From assembly GCA_963978095.1 (NCBI GenBank), contig CAXBQP010000014.1:1-54166 (forward strand): a DNA stretch of 54,166 nt, read 5' to 3'. Source of the DNA: an uncultured bacterium. GTDB taxonomy: Bacteria; Gemmatimonadota; Gemmatimonadetes; Gemmatimonadales; Gemmatimonadaceae. Both the position numbers and the translations under genes were made by a program. Positions 47,712-54,166 of this stretch are shown here, piece after piece; within the stretch, counting starts at the first letter, position 1, and every line of letters begins with the position of its first letter. Under the pieces are notes generated by a model. The model ran no database searches. It had not been told where the DNA came from and worked only from the letters and a program-made list of their open reading frames with translations.

Positions 47712-50309
47712 ATGATGTCGAAGTCGCGACGTATTCTTGCACTTGCGCTATCACTGACTGCGTTCGCGATCTCGCGAGCAGCCGAGGCGCAGCAAACGAC
47801 CAAGCCGACGCCGCAAGAGGCGCAGGCTCTGATGGCCAATCGACCGGACCTTCTGGCGCAACTTCGCCAGCGGATCATGACCAGCGGCATGACGCCCGAG
47901 CAGGTTCGGGCTCGCCTCCGGGCGGAAGGCTACCCGGAGAACCTGTTGGACGCGTACCTCCCCGGCAGCACCGGTGGGACGGATGCAACACCTACCAACG
48001 ACGTCTTTGATGCCATCAAGGCGCTCGGTATCAGTGACTCCTCCGACGTCGAACTACTGCGGGGCATGTCCGTCCCCCAGCCCGCGAGAACTCGCGCCGG
48101 CGCACTGAATGTCGCGCCTGACCCGTACACCACCAATCCCTATCTGACCCAAGCTCAGCGCGACCGTGAGGACTCGCTGAGTCGACTGCAGTCCGCGGCT
48201 GGCCGCGCACGCATTGACATGCCGATTTTCGGCGCCAACCTCTTCCGATCGACGAATAGCGAGTTTCAGGCGAACCTCGATGGCCCCGTCGATGCGAGTT
48301 ACCGACTCGGGCCCGGCGACCGGTTGGTACTCATTCTCACCGGCGAAGTTGAGGCGGCGCATACACTCGACGTCACGCGCGAGGGGTTCGTCCTCATTCC
48401 GCAGGTCGGGCAGATTGCCGTGGCGAACCTGACCATCGCGCAACTCGAGGAAGTGCTGTACGTTCGCCTCGGGCGCGTGTACTCCGGGGTGCGCAAAGGG
48501 GCGGGCGCGACGACCCATTTTCAGCTTTCGGTCGCGAAGCTTCGAAGTAACCAGATCTTTGTCGTCGGGGACGTCGTGCGTCCCGGCAGCTATCGTGTAT
48601 CGAGCGCCGGCACCCTGATGACCGCTCTTTATGCTGCCGGGGGGCCGAGCGACAACGGTACGTTCCGGTCGGTCGTCGTGCGCCGCGCGGGCAAGGAAGT
48701 GGGGCGCATGGACGTGTACGATTATCTCCTGCGTGGAGATGCTTCTCGAGACGTGCGACTCGAGTCCGGGGACATCGTGTTTGTGGCCACCCACGGGCCA
48801 CGGGTTCGAATTGCCGGTGAGATCACCCGCGCGGCGATCTACGAGCTCAAGCCCGGTGAGACGTTGTCGGATCTCGTGACAGCCGCAGGTGGTCTCACGG
48901 CGTCGGCCTCTCGGCAAAGGATCCAAGTCGAGCGCGTTGTTCCCGCTGGACAGCGCGGAGCGAAGCAGGAGGCTCGAACGTTGATCGAGGTGACCAGCGA
49001 TGCCGCACTGGGGGCTTCCGCAACGTCCTTGCCGTTGGAGAACGGTGACTACGTTCGCGTCTTCGGCGTGGCGGAGCGAATTCGCAATCGCTTGGTCGTC
49101 AAAGGCAACGTTTGGCACGAGGGTGCGCAAGCTTTTGCCCCTGGCCTGACTCTCTCGGAGGTCTTGCGTCGCGCCGGCGGTGCCAAGCCTGATACTTACT
49201 TGGGCGAAGTGCTGGTGTCGCGACTTCGGGACGACTCGACCCGAGTGCAGCTACGCGCCATGCTTCGCGACACCACGGGTGCGGTGCTCGGTCCCGATTT
49301 CCCTTTGACGGACGATGACGAAATCATCGTCTTCTCTTTGACGGACTTCCGGCCAAGGTTGTACGTCGCCGTCGCCGGCGCCGTACGAAAGCCCGGCCAA
49401 ATTCCCTACCGCGAGGGGATGACGCTTCGAGACGCGCTGCTTTTGGCAGGCGGTCCGACCGAGCGTGCGTATCTCGGAGAAGTTGAAATTGCCCAACAGC
49501 CAAGCAATCGCCGCCTCGGGCAGCTTGCCGTGACAACCCGCGTTCCTCTGGACACGACTCGGCTACCTGGCGCCGGGGCAGCAGTAGCGGGAGGAAACGC
49601 GCAGGGGACAGGCGCCCAGGATGTCGTGTTGCGTCCTTTCGACAACGTGTTGGTCATGCAGCAAACCGAGTGGCGCCCTCTGCAATCGGTATGGATCACT
49701 GGTGAGGTTCGGCTGCCCGGGAAGTACGTGATTCGCGACAAGAATGAACGCGTTCGTGACTTGATCCTGCGAGCGGGTGGATTGCTGCCAGACGCGAGCA
49801 TCGAGGCCGCCTACTACGCCCGCAGTCGTGCGGCCACCACATACCAAAACGCTCAAGACAAGGCCTCGTCCGCTCTGACGCGATTGGGGGTTGACCTTCG
49901 GGGAGTTCTGCAGCGCCCGGAGGACGGAAACAATCTGTTGCTGGAAGGAGGGGACTCTTTGGACATCCCCGTCTCTCGCGGGACCGTCGAGGTTCGCGGC
50001 GCCGTCAACCTCCCAACCATTACCGTTGTCACACCTGGGGCTTCCCTCAGCTCGTACCTTCGCTCGGCAGGCGGAATATCGATTCTTGGCGACTTGAGCA
50101 GGGCGTACGTGATTCAGCCGAATGGCAAGATCGAAAGTCGGCGGAGCTTTCTGTTCTTCACAGTAGATCCGACCCCCCGCCCGGGTTCCACCGTTGTGGT
50201 TCCACCGCGCGACACGACGAACTCTTCCGCCGCAACACTGGCGACCGTCTCGACCATCACGCAAATCATTGCGGGCTTGCTCACTGCTTATGCTCTAATC
50301 AAGCGTTGA
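47712..50309 (+). CDS. Polysaccharide export protein with multiple SLBB domains (Wza/KpsD-like OPX)
   Basis: Signal peptide; YRLGPGDRL (Poly_export); repeated V.GEV..PG.Y / AGG SLBB units; C-terminal amphipathic helix. Confidence 0.92.
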   Translation: MMSKSRRILALALSLTAFAISRAAEAQQTTKPTPQEAQALMANRPDLLAQLRQRIMTSGMTPEQVRARLRAEGYPENLLDAYLPGSTGGTDATPTNDVFDAIKALGISDSSDVELLRGMSVPQPARTRAGALNVAPDPYTTNPYLTQAQRDREDSLSRLQSAAGRARIDMPIFGANLFRSTNSEFQANLDGPVDASYRLGPGDRLVLILTGEVEAAHTLDVTREGFVLIPQVGQIAVANLTIAQLEEVLYVRLGRVYSGVRKGAGATTHFQLSVAKLRSNQIFVVGDVVRPGSYRVSSAGTLMTALYAAGGPSDNGTFRSVVVRRAGKEVGRMDVYDYLLRGDASRDVRLESGDIVFVATHGPRVRIAGEITRAAIYELKPGETLSDLVTAAGGLTASASRQRIQVERVVPAGQRGAKQEARTLIEVTSDAALGASATSLPLENGDYVRVFGVAERIRNRLVVKGNVWHEGAQAFAPGLTLSEVLRRAGGAKPDTYLGEVLVSRLRDDSTRVQLRAMLRDTTGAVLGPDFPLTDDDEIIVFSLTDFRPRLYVAVAGAVRKPGQIPYREGMTLRDALLLAGGPTERAYLGEVEIAQQPSNRRLGQLAVTTRVPLDTTRLPGAGAAVAGGNAQGTGAQDVVLRPFDNVLVMQQTEWRPLQSVWITGEVRLPGKYVIRDKNERVRDLILRAGGLLPDASIEAAYYARSRAATTYQNAQDKASSALTRLGVDLRGVLQRPEDGNNLLLEGGDSLDIPVSRGTVEVRGAVNLPTITVVTPGASLSSYLRSAGGISILGDLSRAYVIQPNGKIESRRSFLFFTVDPTPRPGSTVVVPPRDTTNSSAATLATVSTITQIIAGLLTAYALIKR

Positions 50310-50396
50310 CTTCGGCGCGCCGTACCGTTGCGTCCGTTGTATCCATTTCATACATTTCCCAGGATCTAGCCACCTCTCCTTTCGTCCACGAACTGG

Positions 50397-51473
50397 ATGC
50401 CTCCAAAGCACAACTCGGCCGGAGCGCCCCCTGTCGATGCGCCACGGCCTGCGAAGGTTCGACGACCGTCTCCGGTGGCACCTGCGCCGGCGGGATCGGA
50501 TCGCCAACGTGTGGTGGTGGTCGGTTCTGCGTCCGACGTCCCTCGTGCCCTCGCTCACCCTGCCGTGCTCGCGAGGCGTTTCGATGTGGCATCAGTTGTC
50601 GCCGTAGACATCGAGGCGGATTCTCAGGAACGCGCGCGGCTGTTGGTTGGATCGGCGATTGAGGAGCATCAGCCCCGGACCATCTTGGTTGCCGGCCCTC
50701 TCGGCAGTCCCACGATGCGTCTGGTCGCTGATCTCGCGCTTCTGTTTCACTGCGACCTCCTTGCCGTCATGCCGGCGGAGGTGCTTGCTGGGCACGATCC
50801 GGTTGTAGTGTGGAGTGGGGATTTCCCGTTGGTGCAGTTGGCGAGCCCCCGTCGCACACGTTTCTCGACCCAGGTCAAGCGGTGTTTCGACATTTCTATC
50901 GCCGCAGCGGGAATCGGCATCGTCGCTCCGTTTGTTGCTTTGCTCGCCGGACTGATCACTTTGGAGTCGCGCGGAGCTCCGTTTTTTGAGCATGAGCGCA
51001 TCGGCTTCGCTGGACGCCGTTTCCGTTGCTTCAAACTGCGAACCATGAGAGCCGACGCGGAACGGGTTCTCGATGAAAGTCCGGCTCTTTACGATCTGTA
51101 TCGCAGGAATCACTTCAAGATTCCGGATCGCGCCGACCCGCGTGTTACGGTGCTGGGGAAGTTTCTCCGCCGCACGAGCTTGGACGAGCTCCCGCAACTT
51201 TGGAACGTTCTGATCGGCGACATGTCCCTCGTCGGCCCTCGGCCAGTCGTTGCCGAGGAGCTTGAGCTGTACGAGGCCGGCGAGCGGGAGGTGCTTCTTT
51301 CGGTTCGTCCGGGGATAACGGGGGCATGGGCTGTCAATGGTCGGCACGGCGTCGGCTATCCGGAACGTTGCGGGATGGAGCTTGGGTACGTCAGAAATTG
51401 GACCTTGCTTTCCGACGTCAGGATTCTGCTGGCAACGATCCGAGCGGTTTTGCGACCTGGCGGCGAAGACTGA
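50397..51473 (+). CDS. Initiating sugar-phosphate transferase (WcaJ/WbaP-type)
   Basis: [52 protein letters not shown]. Confidence 0.92.
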   Translation: MPPKHNSAGAPPVDAPRPAKVRRPSPVAPAPAGSDRQRVVVVGSASDVPRALAHPAVLARRFDVASVVAVDIEADSQERARLLVGSAIEEHQPRTILVAGPLGSPTMRLVADLALLFHCDLLAVMPAEVLAGHDPVVVWSGDFPLVQLASPRRTRFSTQVKRCFDISIAAAGIGIVAPFVALLAGLITLESRGAPFFEHERIGFAGRRFRCFKLRTMRADAERVLDESPALYDLYRRNHFKIPDRADPRVTVLGKFLRRTSLDELPQLWNVLIGDMSLVGPRPVVAEELELYEAGEREVLLSVRPGITGAWAVNGRHGVGYPERCGMELGYVRNWTLLSDVRILLATIRAVLRPGGED

Positions 51474-51542
51474 GAATGCGAGGGGTGGTGGCGTTACCAC
51501 CGCCCTGACCTCTCGCAGTGCCATTCTGACGAACATCCCAAC

Positions 51543-53444
51543 ATGCGAAACCGAGACTTCTTACTGATCGACATTCTGCTGCTCGCAGGACTTCCGTTGG
51601 CAGTCCTGCTCCTGCACACGGAATCGTGGAGCATCCCTCCGGGATACGCTCGCACGGCAGTTGCCTACTCCCTGCTTGCATTGCCGCTGCGATTGGCGGT
51701 GGCGTACTTTGTTGGACTGTACCGTTGCCTTTGGCAACACGCCAGCATCGCAGAGCTTCAGCGCTTGTTGATTGCGGGTTCCATCGCGGGCGTCGTGACG
51801 TGTGTTGCTGGAACCGCCGGACTGCGGATTCTTGGGCTACCGTCGATGCCGCTGGGAGCGCTGTTGCTCGACGCCTTTGGTGCACTCTGCGTGCTTGCCG
51901 GTTCCCGAATGGCCATCCGTCTCAGCGCGGCACGTCACCGCGGGGTGCACTCGGGTCGCCGAACGCTCATTGTCGGGGCGGGATCGGCCGGTCAGTCAAT
52001 CCTGCGCGAGACTCAGCTCCATCCCAAGCTGCGTGTGCAGGTGGTCGGATTTGCAGATGACGATGCCTCAAAGCAGCAACAGTTGCTCAGCAACGTTCCC
52101 GTGGTCGGCACGCTCGACGACCTGCCCGCAATAGTTGAACGACTCGCCGTCGAAGAGCTCATCATTGCCATTCCATCGGCACGTGGTGCAGTTGTGAGAA
52201 AAGTGCTGAAAGCCGCGAACGATGCTGGGATCAAAGCGCGGACCATTCCTGGGTTGCACGACCTTCTCTCGGGGAAGGTTCGGGTCAGCGCTCTCAGAAG
52301 CATTGAGATTCAGGACCTTCTTCGCCGCGAGCCGATTGTCACAGACTTCAATGCCGTGCGCGCACTCGCCACCGGCAAGACAGTCATGATCACTGGAGCC
52401 GGCGGTTCGATCGGCAGTGAACTCTGTCGTCAGATTGCTGCCCTTGAACCTTCGATGCTGGTGTTGGTCGATCACAGCGAAAACCAGGTTTTCGAGATCG
52501 AGGGTGAACTTCACCGGTCGTTCTCGGATCTCAAGATCGAGCCGGTCATTGCCGACATCCGCAACGCGGCGCGCGTGAACGTGGTGATGGCGGCCCATAA
52601 GCCATTTGCGATTTTCCACGCGGCGGCGCACAAGCACGTGCCTCTGATGGAGTGCAACATCGTTGAAGCGATCACGAACAACGTGATGGGAACTCAGAAT
52701 GTCGTGAACGCAGCGCTTGACGCTGACGTGCAGCATTTCGTCAACATCTCGACCGACAAGGCCGTACGACCGACGTCCATCATGGGGACGACCAAGCGCA
52801 TTGCGGAGCGCATCGTTTTGCACGCGGCCGTTGCCAACCACAAAAACTTCGTGTCGGTGCGATTCGGCAATGTGCTGGGCTCGCGTGGATCGGTGATCCC
52901 GACCTTCATGCGCCAGATCCAGGCAGGGGGCCCGGTGACGGTGACACACCCCGAGATGCGCCGGTATTTCATGACGATCCCCGAGGCGGTGCAGCTGGTT
53001 TTGCAGGCCGGGGCACTAGGGTCAGGTGGCGAGCTGTTCGTACTCGACATGGGAGAACCGGTGAAGATCGTGGACCTAGCGCGCGACCTTCTTCGCCTCT
53101 CTGGACTGGAGGAAGGGGTGGACATGGACATCGCGTTCACCGGCGTGCGCCCAGGCGAGAAGCTGTACGAGGAGGTGCTGTTCGGCGAGGAGGACATTCG
53201 GGCGACGAACCATCCCAAGGTGTTGCGCACGATCGAGTCGCCGGAGCAGCCGGAGTTCATGGACGGCGTGGCGAAGCTGATCCGCACCGCGCTGATGAGT
53301 GAAAGCGACGACGCCACTCTCCGCGACGGGCTGAGGAAACTGGTGCCCGAGTTCGCGCGGGAGGATGCGCGGACCGATCCGCGGAGTCGTCCTTCGCCGA
53401 CGATCGGAGGTCAGAAGGCCGAGCGCCCTTCCCTCTCGAGTTAA
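51543..53444 (+). CDS. Membrane-bound nucleoside-diphosphate sugar 4,6-dehydratase (CapD/PglF/WbpM family)
   Basis: Four N-terminal TMs; GAGSAG; TGAGGSIGSELCRQ; HAAAHKHVPLME; STDKAVRPTSIMGTTKR; RFGNVLGSRGSV. Confidence 0.95.
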   Translation: MRNRDFLLIDILLLAGLPLAVLLLHTESWSIPPGYARTAVAYSLLALPLRLAVAYFVGLYRCLWQHASIAELQRLLIAGSIAGVVTCVAGTAGLRILGLPSMPLGALLLDAFGALCVLAGSRMAIRLSAARHRGVHSGRRTLIVGAGSAGQSILRETQLHPKLRVQVVGFADDDASKQQQLLSNVPVVGTLDDLPAIVERLAVEELIIAIPSARGAVVRKVLKAANDAGIKARTIPGLHDLLSGKVRVSALRSIEIQDLLRREPIVTDFNAVRALATGKTVMITGAGGSIGSELCRQIAALEPSMLVLVDHSENQVFEIEGELHRSFSDLKIEPVIADIRNAARVNVVMAAHKPFAIFHAAAHKHVPLMECNIVEAITNNVMGTQNVVNAALDADVQHFVNISTDKAVRPTSIMGTTKRIAERIVLHAAVANHKNFVSVRFGNVLGSRGSVIPTFMRQIQAGGPVTVTHPEMRRYFMTIPEAVQLVLQAGALGSGGELFVLDMGEPVKIVDLARDLLRLSGLEEGVDMDIAFTGVRPGEKLYEEVLFGEEDIRATNHPKVLRTIESPEQPEFMDGVAKLIRTALMSESDDATLRDGLRKLVPEFAREDARTDPRSRPSPTIGGQKAERPSLSS

Positions 53445-53472
53445 CCGTTCCGGCTTCCGGTCGGCCGCAACT

Positions 53473-53506
53473 GACGAAGGGCGCCCCAAAACGGGCGCCC
53501 TTCGTC
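53473..53506. terminator. Hairpin terminator between convergent capD-like and hflX
   Basis: GACGAAGGGCGCCC-CAAAAC-GGGCGCCCTTCGTC perfect 14-bp stem. Confidence 0.75.
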
Positions 53507-53538
53507 GCATTCACCTTCTGGAGGGCTCGGAGGCTGGA

Positions 53539-54166
53539 TCAGGGGTCCAGGAGCCCCAAGCGGTACAAACGGCCTCTGAGGGCATCATCGACGCGGGCGC
53601 GGAGGATCGAGTCGCCGGTTTCGTCGTCCTGACGGACCGAGACCACTTCCGCGCTTCGATAGAGCTCGGCGAGCATGCGGCCGTCCGCGGCCGGGATGCG
53701 GATCCCGACTTCGGGGCGACGCTCGGCCATCCGGGCGACGAGCGCCGCGTGGAGCTCGGCCGTACCTCCAACGGCGCGGGCACTTACGAACACCGAGCCC
53801 GGGAGCAGATCGGCCATACGCTGCCTCAGCGCCTCAAGAGACTCGGATTCGAGCGCGTCGATCTTGTTCAAGACATGGATGACCGGCGTCTCCTGCACGC
53901 CGAGGTCCGCGAGGACCTCGTCCACGACAAGACGCTGCTCCTCCCACGTGGGGTGGCTCGCGTCGATCACGTGCAGCAGCACGTCGGCCTCACGCACCTC
54001 CTCGAGAGTGGCGCGGAAGCTCGCCACGAGATGGTGCGGCAACTTGCGGATGAATCCTACGGTGTCGGTGAGGAGAATCTTCTGCTGATCGCCGAGCATG
54101 ACGTCGCGCGTAAGCGGGTCGAGGGTGGCGAACAGACGATCCTCGACGAAGACGTCCTTCGCGCCG
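53539..54166 (-). CDS. hflX: GTPase HflX (5' part outside window)
   Basis: EDRLFATLDPLTR, LTDTVGFIRKLPHHLVASFRATLEEV, NKID, SAR. Confidence 0.96.
   Translation of the reverse strand, partial: GAKDVFVEDRLFATLDPLTRDVMLGDQQKILLTDTVGFIRKLPHHLVASFRATLEEVREADVLLHVIDASHPTWEEQRLVVDEVLADLGVQETPVIHVLNKIDALESESLEALRQRMADLLPGSVFVSARAVGGTAELHAALVARMAERRPEVGIRIPAADGRMLAELYRSAEVVSVRQDDETGDSILRARVDDALRGRLYRLGLLDP

Noticed and set aside
47444..53540. Integrative element at tRNA-Val
   Set aside because: No integrase and no duplicated tRNA 3' end (att repeat) seen before hflX.
1..54166. CRISPR array, transposase, prophage or rRNA genes
   Set aside because: No regularly spaced repeats or corresponding motifs seen; nearly all sequence is accounted for by recognisable genes.

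Overview
High-GC bacterial chromosome segment of mostly core housekeeping genes; gene content and order suggest a Gemmatimonadota-like organism (inference, not verified). Minus-strand operons dominate 1-47.3 kb: infC-rpmI-rplT-pheS-pheT-zapB-like-zapA, rny-folD-xseA-xseB-ispA-dxs; yqeY-mutS2-dnaG-Zn-ribbon-recJ-rsmD-coaD-pta-rsbV/W/U-like-rsmA; hemW-hrcA-dnaJ-prmA-rsmE-HIT; DMT-asparaginase II-CMD-obgE-dprA. Plus-strand genes are an M20 peptidase, rex (with a perfect Rex operator), a GH18-CE4-GT2 triple fusion, rfaE1, two tRNAs (Ile2-CAT, Val-CAC) and a three-gene, compositionally shifted polysaccharide locus. The window ends in hflX. Best leads: (1) a beta-barrel/Pal-like fusion and its neighbouring secreted protein share a near-identical 28-nt segment and sit behind repeated palindromes; (2) an AT-rich oriC candidate with DnaA boxes and no dnaA in the window; (3) two promoter-driven rod-like RNAs, upstream of rny (6S-like position) and of infC (ATT start); (4) recurrent leaderless TAnnnT-N6/7-ATG gene starts. 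No CRISPR array, integrase or transposase was seen. All calls are by-eye motif recognition; no searches were run.
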